Source: Pirellulales bacterium (lineage in GTDB: Bacteria; Planctomycetota; Planctomycetia; Pirellulales; Lacipirellulaceae). Taken from it: a stretch of DNA of 64,000 nt. Both the position numbers and the translations under genes were made by a program. This document shows positions 21,332 through 30,883 of this stretch, piece after piece. The stretch covers positions 128,470 through 192,469 of the forward strand of contig JAXMBH010000002.1 in assembly GCA_046349975.1 (NCBI GenBank). Reading direction: 5' to 3'. The first letter of the stretch is position 1; every line of letters begins with the position of its first letter. The notes under the pieces were generated by a model. It saw only the letters and a program-made list of their open reading frames with translations. It was not told the DNA's origin and searched no databases.

Positions 21332-22968
21332 CGACTACGCCCCTCACCGCGCGGCCTGCGTGGGCCGCTCTCGCCGCCCATCACGCTGAAATCAAAGGCA
21401 AACATCTCCGCGAGCTCTTCGCCGCCGACGCCGATCGCGGCTCGCGGTTTGCCCTCGCTGCCGAAGGCCTCTACTTCGACTACTCGAAGAACCGCATCAC
21501 CGACGAAACGTTGCGGTTGCTGATCGAACTCGCGAACGAGTCCGACCTCCGCGGCCGCATCGAAGCGATGTTCAGTGGCGAGCGCATCAACAAAACCGAA
21601 AACCGCGCGGTGCTCCATGTCGCGCTGCGTGCGCCAACAGGCGCGACGATCGAATTCGACGGCGCGAATGTCGTGCCGCACGTGCAGGCCGTGCTCGATA
21701 AAATGACTAACTTTGCCAACCGCGTGCTCAGCGGCACGTGGAAAGGTCACACAGGCCGCGCGATTCGCAACATTGTCAACATCGGCATCGGCGGCTCCGA
21801 CCTTGGCCCCGTCATGGCCTTCGAAGCGCTGCGTCATTACACGAATCGCGCGCTCACGTTCCGCTTCGTGTCGAACGTCGACGGCACCGATTTCGCCGAA
21901 GCCACGCAAGACCTCGCGCCGGCGGAAACGCTGTTCATCGTGTCGTCGAAAACGTTCACGACGCTCGAAACAATGACCAACGCCCACAGCGCCCGCAACT
22001 GGCTGCTGCGGGCGTTCGGCGGTGATCGGAAAGCAGTCGCCAAGCATTTCGTCGCCGTGTCGACCAACGCGGCCAAGGTCTCCGAGTTCGGCATCGACAC
22101 ATCCAATATGTTCGAGTTCTGGGATTGGGTCGGCGGCCGCTATTCGATGGATTCTGCCATCGGCCTCTCCACCATGCTCGCCGTCGGCCCGGAGAATTTT
22201 CGCGAGCTACTCGCCGGCTTCCGCGCGATGGACGAGCACTTCCGCACCGCGCCGTTCGAGAAGAACCTGCCCGCGCTGCTCGCACTGCTCTCGATTTGGA
22301 ACACGAACTTCCTCGGCGCGGAAACGATCGCCGTGCTGCCTTACGATCAGTACCTGAAGCGTTTTCCCGCGTACCTGCAGCAGCTCACCATGGAAAGTAA
22401 CGGCAAGCGCGTGACGCTCGATGGCAACGTAGTGGATTACGCGACCGGCCCAATTTACTGGGGCGAGCCCGGCACCAACGGCCAGCACTCGTTCTACCAG
22501 CTGATCCACCAAGGCACGCGGCTGATCCCATGCGATTTCATCGCCTTCACGGAGTCGCTCAACCCGCTGGGGCCGCATCACGACCTGCTCGTCGCCAACG
22601 TATTCGCCCAGGCCGAAGCACTCGCGTTCGGCAAAACGGCCGACGAAGTGAAAGCCGAAGGCACGCCAGATTGGCTCGTGCCGCACCGCGTATTCCCCGG
22701 CAATCGGCCGTCGAATACGATACTGGCCCCGCGGCTCACACCCGCGCTGCTCGGCAAGCTGATTGCACTCTACGAGCACGCTGTGTTCGTACAGGGCATC
22801 ATCTGGAGCATCGACAGCTTCGACCAATGGGGCGTCGAACTCGGCAAAGTGCTCGCGCAGCGCATCGTTAGCGAACTCGAATCCAAAGAATCACCAGCGC
22901 TCAAGCACGACAGCTCCACCAACACGCTCATCCAGCGTTACCGGGCCAATAAAGCAACTTCATCGTAA
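21328..22968 (+). CDS. pgi: glucose-6-phosphate isomerase
   Basis: 546 aa with PGI family signatures (GIGGSDLGP, YSxxDSAIGLS-like, [12 protein letters not shown]). Confidence 0.9.
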   Translation: MTTTPLTARPAWAALAAHHAEIKGKHLRELFAADADRGSRFALAAEGLYFDYSKNRITDETLRLLIELANESDLRGRIEAMFSGERINKTENRAVLHVALRAPTGATIEFDGANVVPHVQAVLDKMTNFANRVLSGTWKGHTGRAIRNIVNIGIGGSDLGPVMAFEALRHYTNRALTFRFVSNVDGTDFAEATQDLAPAETLFIVSSKTFTTLETMTNAHSARNWLLRAFGGDRKAVAKHFVAVSTNAAKVSEFGIDTSNMFEFWDWVGGRYSMDSAIGLSTMLAVGPENFRELLAGFRAMDEHFRTAPFEKNLPALLALLSIWNTNFLGAETIAVLPYDQYLKRFPAYLQQLTMESNGKRVTLDGNVVDYATGPIYWGEPGTNGQHSFYQLIHQGTRLIPCDFIAFTESLNPLGPHHDLLVANVFAQAEALAFGKTADEVKAEGTPDWLVPHRVFPGNRPSNTILAPRLTPALLGKLIALYEHAVFVQGIIWSIDSFDQWGVELGKVLAQRIVSELESKESPALKHDSSTNTLIQRYRANKATSS

Positions 22969-23264
22969 GAATAAACTGACTCACGCACAGGCGCGAAGAC
23001 GCAAAGCCGGAAGAATTAACCACGACGACACGAAGGACATGAAGAAAGCACCGAGTCGAACGTAACGCAAGACTTCGTTGCGATCGGCATTGACAGTTTG
23101 CTTTTTCTATTGTTTTGCATTTTGCAAATGCCAACTTCTTCCTTTGTGCTCTTCGTGCCTTCGTGGTTAATATTTCTTGTCCTTATCGTCTGAGCGCCTT
23201 GGCGTGAGATAATTACTATCTTTCCTTCCACCAACCAGGCCGAAATTCAATCGGAGGAGCAACT

Positions 23265-24281
23265 ATGCAACTTGGAATGATTGGCCTCGGTCGAATGGGC
23301 GCGAACATGGTCCGCCGGCTCATTCGCGGCGGCCACGAGTGTGTGGCATATGATGTCTTCCCACAAGCCGTGGAAGCACTCACGAAAGAGAAGGCCATTG
23401 GCGCCGCATCGCTGCAGGATTTCGTTGCTAAGCTTGCCAAGCCGCGGGCCATCTGGCTGATGGTGCCGGCGGCGGTCGTCGACAAGATGATCACCGAGCT
23501 GCTGCCACTTCTCGAGAAAGACGACGTTCTCATCGACGGCGGCAACTCGTACTACGTCGACGACATCCGCCGCGCGAAAGAGCTCGCACCGCGCGGCATC
23601 CACTACGTCGACGTCGGCACGAGCGGCGGCGTGTGGGGCTTGGAACGCGGCTACTGCATGATGATCGGCGGCGAGCAGCAGGTCGTGTCGCACCTCGACC
23701 CCATCTTTGCCACGCTCGCCCCCGGCCGCGGCGACATTCCCCGCACTCCCGGCCGCGAGAACCTGCCCGGCACGGCTGAAAATGGCTACCTGCACTGCGG
23801 CCAAAACGGCGCGGGCCACTTCGTGAAGATGGTGCACAACGGCATCGAATACGGCGTGATGGCCGCGTATGCCGAGGGCATGAACGTGCTCAAGAACGCG
23901 AATATCGGCAAGCGCGAACACGCTGCCGACGCCGAGACCACGCCGCTCCGCGAGCCCGAATACTACCAATACGATCTCGACCTTGCCGACATTGCTGAAG
24001 TGTGGCGGCGCGGCAGCGTCATCGCCTCCTGGCTGCTCGACCTCACGGCCACGTCGCTTGCTGAAGATCCGCAGCTTGCCAAGTTCGCTGGCCGCGTATC
24101 GGATTCCGGCGAAGGCCGCTGGACGATCAAAGCCGCTATCGACGAAGCCGTGCCGGCACCAGTCCTTACAACCGCGCTCTACGAACGCTTCAGTTCGCGC
24201 GGCGAGGCCGATTTCCAGAATAAACTCCTCTCCGCCATGCGTTTTCAATTCGGCGGCCACCTCGAGAAACCAGCCAACTGA
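23265..24281 (+). CDS. gnd: 6-phosphogluconate dehydrogenase (decarboxylating), short-chain form
   Basis: N-terminus [15 protein letters not shown]. It matches the roughly 300-aa 6PGDH (YqeC-type) pattern. Confidence 0.85.
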   Translation: MQLGMIGLGRMGANMVRRLIRGGHECVAYDVFPQAVEALTKEKAIGAASLQDFVAKLAKPRAIWLMVPAAVVDKMITELLPLLEKDDVLIDGGNSYYVDDIRRAKELAPRGIHYVDVGTSGGVWGLERGYCMMIGGEQQVVSHLDPIFATLAPGRGDIPRTPGRENLPGTAENGYLHCGQNGAGHFVKMVHNGIEYGVMAAYAEGMNVLKNANIGKREHAADAETTPLREPEYYQYDLDLADIAEVWRRGSVIASWLLDLTATSLAEDPQLAKFAGRVSDSGEGRWTIKAAIDEAVPAPVLTTALYERFSSRGEADFQNKLLSAMRFQFGGHLEKPAN

Positions 24282-24293
24282 AAAGGCAACCGC

Positions 24294-25685
24294 ATGGCAA
24301 CTCATGTGCAATCCGATGCGCTCGTCTTCTTCGGCGCCACGGGCGATTTGGCGTACAAAAAGATCTTCCCGTCGCTGCAAGCGCTCGTGAAACACGGCAA
24401 GCTCGACGTGCCGGTGATCGGCGTCGCGAAACAAGGTTGGAATCTCGACCAGCTCAAAGCCCGCGCGCGAGATAGCGTCGAACACCACGGCGGTATCGAT
24501 CGGCCCGCGTTCGAAAAACTCATGCAACTGCTTCGCTACGTCGATGGCGACTACAACGACGCGGCCACGTTTCAAGAGTTGCGGAAACAGTTGAACTCCG
24601 CCCAGCATCCGGCCCACTACCTCGCGATTCCGCCCGCGATGTTCGGCCCGGTCGTCGAGCAGCTCACGAACGCCGGCTGCGCCGCGGGCGGACGCGTCAT
24701 CATCGAAAAACCGTTCGGCCGCGATCTGGCCTCGGCGCTTAAACTCAACGCGATCCTGCTGGAAACATTCAGCGAGCGCGATATCTTTCGCATCGACCAC
24801 TACCTCGGCAAAGCACCGGTCCACAACATGGTGTTCTTCCGGTTCGCCAACTCGTTTCTCGAGCCGATCTGGGATCGCGATAACGTCGAAAGTTTGCAGA
24901 TCACGATGGCTGAAGACTTCGGCGTGCAGGGCCGCGGCGCGATTTACGACGAGATGGGTACGATCCGCGACGTCGTGCAGAACCACCTCTTCCAAGTGCT
25001 CCTGAATCTCACGATGGAGCCGCCGATTCGCACCGATCCCGAGTGCATTCGCGACGAAAAAATCCAGGTCCTCCGCGGCATCAAGTCGCTCGAAGTCAAA
25101 GACATCGTTCGCGGCCAGTTCAAAGGTTACCGCAATGAGAAAGGCGTCGCGCCCGGTTCGCAGGTCGAAACGTTCGCGGCTGTGAAGCTGGAAATCGATT
25201 CGTGGCGCTGGCAAGGCATACCGTTTTACATCCGCGCGGGCAAGTGCTTGCCGGTGACGAGCACCGAGATCGTCGTACGACTCAAAAAGCCGCCGACGAT
25301 GTTCAAGAGTTACAACCTGAAGTCGAACTATTTTCGCTTCCAGATCAGCCCAGAAATTGTGTTTGCGCTCGGTATGATGGCGATTACGCCGGGCACCGAG
25401 AAGACGGGCGATTGCGTCGAGATCGTCGCCGCGCGCCATCCGGCACCAGACGAAATGGACGCCTACGAACGCTTGCTCGGCGACGCCATGCAAGGAGACC
25501 CCACGCTGTTCGCCCGCGAGGATTCGGTCGAAGAAGCGTGGCGCATTGTCGACCCCGTGTTGAAAACCGAATCGCCCGTGTACGAATATGAGCCGGGCAC
25601 TTGGGGCCCGGAAGAAGTTGATAGTCTCGTGTGCCCGCCGGGTGGTTGGCAGAACCCGACGATGCATTGTGGAGCAGAACAGTAG
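24294..25685 (+). CDS. zwf: glucose-6-phosphate dehydrogenase
   Basis: [18 protein letters not shown]-binding motif, RIDHYLGK active-site motif. 463 aa. Confidence 0.9.
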   Translation: MATHVQSDALVFFGATGDLAYKKIFPSLQALVKHGKLDVPVIGVAKQGWNLDQLKARARDSVEHHGGIDRPAFEKLMQLLRYVDGDYNDAATFQELRKQLNSAQHPAHYLAIPPAMFGPVVEQLTNAGCAAGGRVIIEKPFGRDLASALKLNAILLETFSERDIFRIDHYLGKAPVHNMVFFRFANSFLEPIWDRDNVESLQITMAEDFGVQGRGAIYDEMGTIRDVVQNHLFQVLLNLTMEPPIRTDPECIRDEKIQVLRGIKSLEVKDIVRGQFKGYRNEKGVAPGSQVETFAAVKLEIDSWRWQGIPFYIRAGKCLPVTSTEIVVRLKKPPTMFKSYNLKSNYFRFQISPEIVFALGMMAITPGTEKTGDCVEIVAARHPAPDEMDAYERLLGDAMQGDPTLFAREDSVEEAWRIVDPVLKTESPVYEYEPGTWGPEEVDSLVCPPGGWQNPTMHCGAEQ

Positions 25686-25697
25686 TCGAGGTGGTGC

Positions 25698-26387
25698 GTG
25701 GAAATCATCGTGCTTAGTAGCGCGGATGCCGTCGCTGCCGAAGCCGCGGCGCTCATCGCGCAGGATGCCCGCGATGTCGTGCGCGCCCGCGGCCGGTTCG
25801 TGCTTGCCGTCAGCGGTGGGCGCACGCCCTGGCAAATGTTGCGGGCGCTTGCCAGGGAAGACGTGCCCTGGTCCGGCGTGCATATTGTGCAAGTCGACGA
25901 ACGGATCGCCCCCGCCGGCGACGCCGATCGCAATCTCATGCACCTCCATGCCAGCTTGCTCGAAAACTCGCCGATCCCCATCGAACAAATTCACGCGATG
26001 CCGGTGGAGGCGAACGACCTCGATGCCGCGGCAGCCCAGTATGATAGAATGCTCGCGCAACTCTGCGGCGAGCCGCCGGAGATCGACCTGGTACATCTCG
26101 GCATGGGGCCCGACGGCCACACCGCGTCGCTCATTCCAGGCGACCCCGTGCTCGACGTGGCCAATCGCGACGTGGCGCTCACCGGTCTCTATCAGGGGCG
26201 CCGACGAATGACGCTGACGTACCCGATTATCAACCGCGCGCGTAAAATCCTGTGGTTGATAACAGGCGCCGACAAAGCCGACCGGCTCCCGCAACTGCGA
26301 GCTGGCGATGCCACGATTCCGGCGGGCCGCGTGAACCAATCGCGTGCGACGGTCATCGCCGATCATTCCGCTGCAGCTAAAATATAG
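25698..26387 (+). CDS. pgl: 6-phosphogluconolactonase
   Basis: 229 aa with SGGRTP and PDGHTASL motifs, directly downstream of zwf. Confidence 0.85.
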   Translation: MEIIVLSSADAVAAEAAALIAQDARDVVRARGRFVLAVSGGRTPWQMLRALAREDVPWSGVHIVQVDERIAPAGDADRNLMHLHASLLENSPIPIEQIHAMPVEANDLDAAAAQYDRMLAQLCGEPPEIDLVHLGMGPDGHTASLIPGDPVLDVANRDVALTGLYQGRRRMTLTYPIINRARKILWLITGADKADRLPQLRAGDATIPAGRVNQSRATVIADHSAAAKI

Positions 26388-26548
26388 GCTTAACATTGAA
26401 GTGAATTTACAGCCGATAGCCCAGGCTCTGCCGGGGGCTTACGTCGGGTGGCATGGTGCGAGCGTTAAAACCCCCGGCAGAGCCGGGGGCTGACGGGGAT
26501 GCGCATGATGCGACGAAGTGTGATGCAATGAATGTGAAAGGCACGACC

Positions 26549-26998
26549 ATGCGAGTAGGAATCGCCACTGACCACGGCGCGTTCGACCTGAAGAACGACA
26601 TGATCGAGCGCCTTGTGCAAGCGGGGTTCGAAGTGATCGATTTCGGCGCCGAAACACTCGACCCGAAAGACGATTACCCCGACTTCGTCATTCCGCTCGC
26701 CCGCGCTGTGGCGAGCGGCAAGGTCGACCGTGGCATCGCCGTGTGCGGCAGCGGTGTCGGCGCTTCGATTTGCGCGAATAAAGTCCCGGGCGTGCGTGCG
26801 GGCCTGATCATGGATCATTATTCGGCCCATCAGGGCGTCGAGCACGATCATATGAACGTCATCTGCATCGGCGGCCGCGTTGCCGGTGTGGAAGTCGCTT
26901 GGGACCTCATCCAAGCGTTCCTCGAAGCCCACCACAGTTCCGAAGAACGGCACTTGCGGCGCCTGGCGAAAGTCGCCGCGCTCGAAGAGCAGAGGTAG
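26549..26998 (+). CDS. rpiB: ribose-5-phosphate isomerase B
   Basis: MRVGIATDHGAF...CGSGVGASICANKVPGVRAG RpiB/LacAB signature. The start was chosen at MRVGIA. Confidence 0.85.
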   Translation: MRVGIATDHGAFDLKNDMIERLVQAGFEVIDFGAETLDPKDDYPDFVIPLARAVASGKVDRGIAVCGSGVGASICANKVPGVRAGLIMDHYSAHQGVEHDHMNVICIGGRVAGVEVAWDLIQAFLEAHHSSEERHLRRLAKVAALEEQR

Positions 26999-27088
26999 GC
27001 GATTGCCTGGCAGCTGGATTCTTGCCACCCGCCGCGCCGCATTGTAGGGTGGGCACTGCCCACCATTCTCCGCACCGCCGCGTTTGCG

Positions 27089-30061
27089 ATGTTTGGCGGC
27101 GCCCATCCTACGAATCACGTCATCCGCATGCCGACCAACATCTACGACACCCGCGAGGGCGACCGCCTGCGGATGAGCCGCGAGCGCATTGGCCACTGGA
27201 ACCGCTGGGGGCCATTTGTGGCCGAGCGGGCCTGGGGCACTGTCCGCGAAGACTACAGTGCGAACGGCGACGCGTGGGCCTACTTTCCGCACGATCACGC
27301 CCGCTCGCGGGCTTATCGCTGGAACGAAGACGGGATTGCCGGCATCTGCGATCGGCACCAATACTTGTGCTTCGCGTTCGCCTTCTGGAATGGCCGCGAT
27401 CCTTTCCTCAAGGAGCGCATGTTCGGTCTCAGCGGCCACGAAGGCAACCACGGCGAAGATGTGAAGGACTATTTCTTCTACCTCGATAACACGCCGACTC
27501 ACTCGTACATGAAGTATGCGTATAAGTATCCGCACGCGGCGTTTCCATACGATGAATTGCTCGCGGAGAACCGTCGCCGCACGCGGAATGATCCGGAGTT
27601 CGAACTCGTTGATACCGGGATTTTCAACGAACACCGCTACTTCGACATCGTCATCGAGTACGCCAAACGTGAGCCGGAAGACTTGTTGATTCGCTTGAGC
27701 GTGACGAACCGCGGGCCTGAGACCGCGACACTCCACATGCTGCCGACACTGTGGTTCCGCAATACATGGGATTGGGGCCGCGACGCCCGGCGGCCGGTTA
27801 TCGAACTTGGAAGACCATCGCGGGCGCCTGGGGCAGAGTCTTCGCTGACCCAGACAGCGGATGTCGATGTACTGGGGCATCGCGGAGCCTCTGCCCCAGC
27901 CACCCCACAATACGAGGCGGGCCGACGGGCGCCTGGGGCGGAGTCTTCGCTGACCCAGACAATGGATGCAAACTCTCTGGGGCATCGCAAAGCCTCTGCC
28001 CCAGCCACCCCCGATGCACTGGGGCATCGCGGAACCTCTGCCCCAGCCACCCAGTGTTCCGCGAGAGACTCTGGCAACGTCGGCACGATCGTTGCCAAGC
28101 ATTGGCAACTCGGCGAATACATCCTGTACTGCGACGATGCCGAGGAGTTGCTCTTCACCGAAAACGAAACGAACTTCGCACGCATCTTTGGCGCCCGCAA
28201 TCGAACTCCGTATGTGAAGGATGCATTCCATCGCCACGTAGTCGACGGCGAGCAAGGTGCGGTGAATCCGGCCGCGACCGGCACGAAATCGGCCGCGTTG
28301 TACACGCGAACCATCGCCGCCGGCGAAACGATTGCGATCAAACTGAGGCTGGCGGCCCTTGTCGGTGATCATCCGCTCGATGCGCCGTTTGCCGATTTCG
28401 ACGCGAACATCGCGCAGCGCATTGAAGAGGCCGACGAGTTTTATGAGGCCGTCCACGGCGTGCGGCTTTCGGACGACGCGTGCGACGTTGCCCGCCAGGC
28501 GCTCGCCGGCATGCTGTGGTCGAAACAATACTACCACTACGTGGTGAACGACTGGCTGCAGGGCGACCCGGCGGAGCCGCTGCCGCCGTGCAACCGGCTG
28601 CACCAGCGCAATCACAATTGGCCGCAGTTCTTCGCCCGCGACGTCATCTCGATGCCCGACAAATGGGAGTTTCCGTGGTTCGCTTCGTGGGACCTCGGCT
28701 TTCACTGTGCGGCGCTCGCGCATGTTGATCCGCAATTCGCCAAAGAGCAAATCGTGCTCATGCTGCGCGAGTGGTACATGCATCCCAACGGCCAAATTCC
28801 GGCCTACGAATGGGATTTTGGTGACGTCAACCCGCCGGTGCTGTCGATGGCGGCGCGGGCCGTATTCGAAATTGAGCGCACGCAGACGGGCTTCGCCGAC
28901 TACACGTTTCTCGAACGCGTGTTCGATAAGATGCTGCTCAACTTCACGTGGTGGGTGAACCGGAAGGATCCGCACGGCAAGAACATTTTCGAGGGCGGCT
29001 TCCTCGGCATGGACAACATCGGCGCGTTCGATCGCGGTAAACTGCCGCCGGGCTACATGCTCGGCCAGGCCGACGGCACGAGTTGGATGGCGGCGTTCGC
29101 ACGGAGCATGCTCACGATTGCGCTGCTGCTCGCCGAACACAACCCGGTGTACGAGGACCTCGCTAGCAAGTTTTGGGAGCACTTTGTTTATATTGCCAAC
29201 TCGATGAACAGCCTCACCGATCGCTCGCGGTCGCTGTGGCACGAAGAGGACGGGTTCTTTTACGACCACCTGACGACGCCCGACGGCGAGCGACTGCCGA
29301 TTCGCGCGCGGACGATGGTCGGCTTCGTGCCGCTGTTCGACGCGGCGGTTGTCGAGTCGCATGCCTGCCACCAACACCCGGCATTCAACCGGCGACGGCA
29401 GTGGTTCATCGATCATCGGCCGGACCTTACGAAGAGTGTGGGGCCGATGGTGACGCCTGGGGCGCATAACACGCTGATTCTTGGTCTCGTGCGCACCGAT
29501 CAGTTGAAACGAATGCTGGCGTACATGCTTGATGAGAACGAGTTTCTCTCGCCGTTTGGAATTCGGGCCGTGTCGCGGTATCATTTGGAACATCCACTCG
29601 TGATGGCGCTCGACGGGCAGGAATATCGCCTCGACTACGAGCCGGGCGAATCGACGACCGACTTGTTCGGCGGCAACTCGAACTGGCGCGGGCCTGTTTG
29701 GATGCCGGTGAACTTTCTCATTATTCAAGCACTTCGCGAGTACCATCTGTACTACGGCAACGATTTCAAGGTTGAGTGCCCGACAGGCTCCGGCCACCTG
29801 ATGACGCTGGAGCAAGTGGCCAAGGAGTTGGCCCGTCGCGTGGCGCGAATTTTCCTTCGCGACGGCGCCGGGAAGCGGCCCGTGTTTGGCGGGTCAGAGT
29901 TATTCAACGACGATCCGCATTGGCGCGACCTTGTGCCGTTCTACGAATACTTCCACGGCGATACCGGCCGCGGTTGCGGCGCGAGCCACCAAACGGGTTG
30001 GACGGGGCTGATCGCGCAAATTCTCGTCATGCTCGGCAAGGAGATGGGGGAGGATGCGTAG
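27089..30061 (+). CDS. (alpha/alpha)6-barrel glycoside hydrolase, GH63-like (mannosylglycerate/glucosylglycerate hydrolase or processing alpha-glucosidase-like)
   Basis: 990 aa. The C-terminal two-thirds have an (alpha/alpha)6-barrel GH63/GH37-like composition (FPWFASWDLGFH, GGFLGMDNIG, NWRGPVWMPVNFLI). An N-terminal beta-sandwich region carries an in-frame repetitive insertion at 27820-28052. Confidence 0.55.
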   Translation: MFGGAHPTNHVIRMPTNIYDTREGDRLRMSRERIGHWNRWGPFVAERAWGTVREDYSANGDAWAYFPHDHARSRAYRWNEDGIAGICDRHQYLCFAFAFWNGRDPFLKERMFGLSGHEGNHGEDVKDYFFYLDNTPTHSYMKYAYKYPHAAFPYDELLAENRRRTRNDPEFELVDTGIFNEHRYFDIVIEYAKREPEDLLIRLSVTNRGPETATLHMLPTLWFRNTWDWGRDARRPVIELGRPSRAPGAESSLTQTADVDVLGHRGASAPATPQYEAGRRAPGAESSLTQTMDANSLGHRKASAPATPDALGHRGTSAPATQCSARDSGNVGTIVAKHWQLGEYILYCDDAEELLFTENETNFARIFGARNRTPYVKDAFHRHVVDGEQGAVNPAATGTKSAALYTRTIAAGETIAIKLRLAALVGDHPLDAPFADFDANIAQRIEEADEFYEAVHGVRLSDDACDVARQALAGMLWSKQYYHYVVNDWLQGDPAEPLPPCNRLHQRNHNWPQFFARDVISMPDKWEFPWFASWDLGFHCAALAHVDPQFAKEQIVLMLREWYMHPNGQIPAYEWDFGDVNPPVLSMAARAVFEIERTQTGFADYTFLERVFDKMLLNFTWWVNRKDPHGKNIFEGGFLGMDNIGAFDRGKLPPGYMLGQADGTSWMAAFARSMLTIALLLAEHNPVYEDLASKFWEHFVYIANSMNSLTDRSRSLWHEEDGFFYDHLTTPDGERLPIRARTMVGFVPLFDAAVVESHACHQHPAFNRRRQWFIDHRPDLTKSVGPMVTPGAHNTLILGLVRTDQLKRMLAYMLDENEFLSPFGIRAVSRYHLEHPLVMALDGQEYRLDYEPGESTTDLFGGNSNWRGPVWMPVNFLIIQALREYHLYYGNDFKVECPTGSGHLMTLEQVAKELARRVARIFLRDGAGKRPVFGGSELFNDDPHWRDLVPFYEYFHGDTGRGCGASHQTGWTGLIAQILVMLGKEMGEDA
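27820..28052. repeat. in-frame palindromic tandem repeat inside the GH63-like gene (units A and B in the pattern A-B-A-B-B, with periods of about 105 nt and 42 nt)
   Basis: Unit A (GGGCGCCTGGGGCAGAGTCTTCGCTGACCCAGACA) occurs twice and unit B (CTGGGGCATCGCGGAGCCTCTGCCCCAGCCACCCC) three times. Unit B is itself a hairpin (CTGGGGCA / TGCCCCAG), and the GGGGCAGAG of unit A pairs with the CTCTGCCCC of unit B. The array translates as RAPGAESSLTQT...LGHRGASAPATP repeats and is also open on the opposite strand. Confidence 0.7.
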
Positions 30062-30883
30062 TGCCGGCGCGCGGAATACGCGTGGGCTCGCTGTGCGGAG
30101 TGTCAGGAGCGGGGTTAGATGGGGTGCTTGGATAGTGGATAGTGGATAGTGGATAGTTGTGGGTGATGGGGTGGCTTTTTGGCGGTGAAATGGATGGTTT
30201 GGCTGAGAGCTGACAGCTTCTTATATAAAAAATGCTGGGCCCAGTGACGTGTGGCCTAGGGTGAGCTTGACGCGCATGATCACATCGCTCGCGAAGGAGC
30301 GGGGATGGCAACGACGCTCGAGGCCGCACTTCAACCGACTTAGCGCTGGTGACTGCTCCGCGGGACCGGAGGTTCGGAGCTTTTTGCGATCCCCGTTTGG
30401 TGTGGCTGAGTAAGCGACTGGTTACGTGTCATGCCCGGGGACCGGCTTGCTGGGATTCCGGCGAGACGTCTTCGCTGCAATCACTGGTGCTCGGTCGGTC
30501 ATTTCAGGGGTGCAGCTTAGCAGGATACGGAGCAAATGTCCAGTATTAAAAAGAGCCACCTGCGATTTTGTTGGTGGGCCCGGCTTGGGGGCACATGGCG
30601 GGAGAGGTCGGGAATTGTGTGATGCTGCGACCCTTTCAGGGTCGTAGAGAATCGTCGGATTCAGTACCGGTGGTGTCGTCGCTGGCGCGACTCGACCACC
30701 GGCTAAGGGCTGGGACCCCTGCGGGGGCGAGAAGTTGCGGGATGGCAATGCGCAGTACGCGGTGCGCATTGAAAACCGCCAGTGCTGGGGCGCTGGCGGT
30801 GGGTGTCAATTGTTGTGGTTTAATGGCGGACGGACAGAATTGTCCGTCCTACAGTTTGAATGGTGGGCGATGCCCTCGCTGCG

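Noticed and set aside
23247-26396. 1049-aa minus-strand ORF antisense to gnd-zwf-pgl
   Set aside because: It overlaps three canonical, strongly supported plus-strand genes. It has a low-complexity Arg/Ala/His-rich translation and is a GC-driven artefact.
26465-29815. 1116-aa minus-strand ORF spanning rpiB and the GH63-like gene
   Set aside because: It runs antisense to two well-supported genes and has an Arg/Ala/Gly-rich composition typical of spurious open frames in high-GC DNA. No domain signature was recognised.
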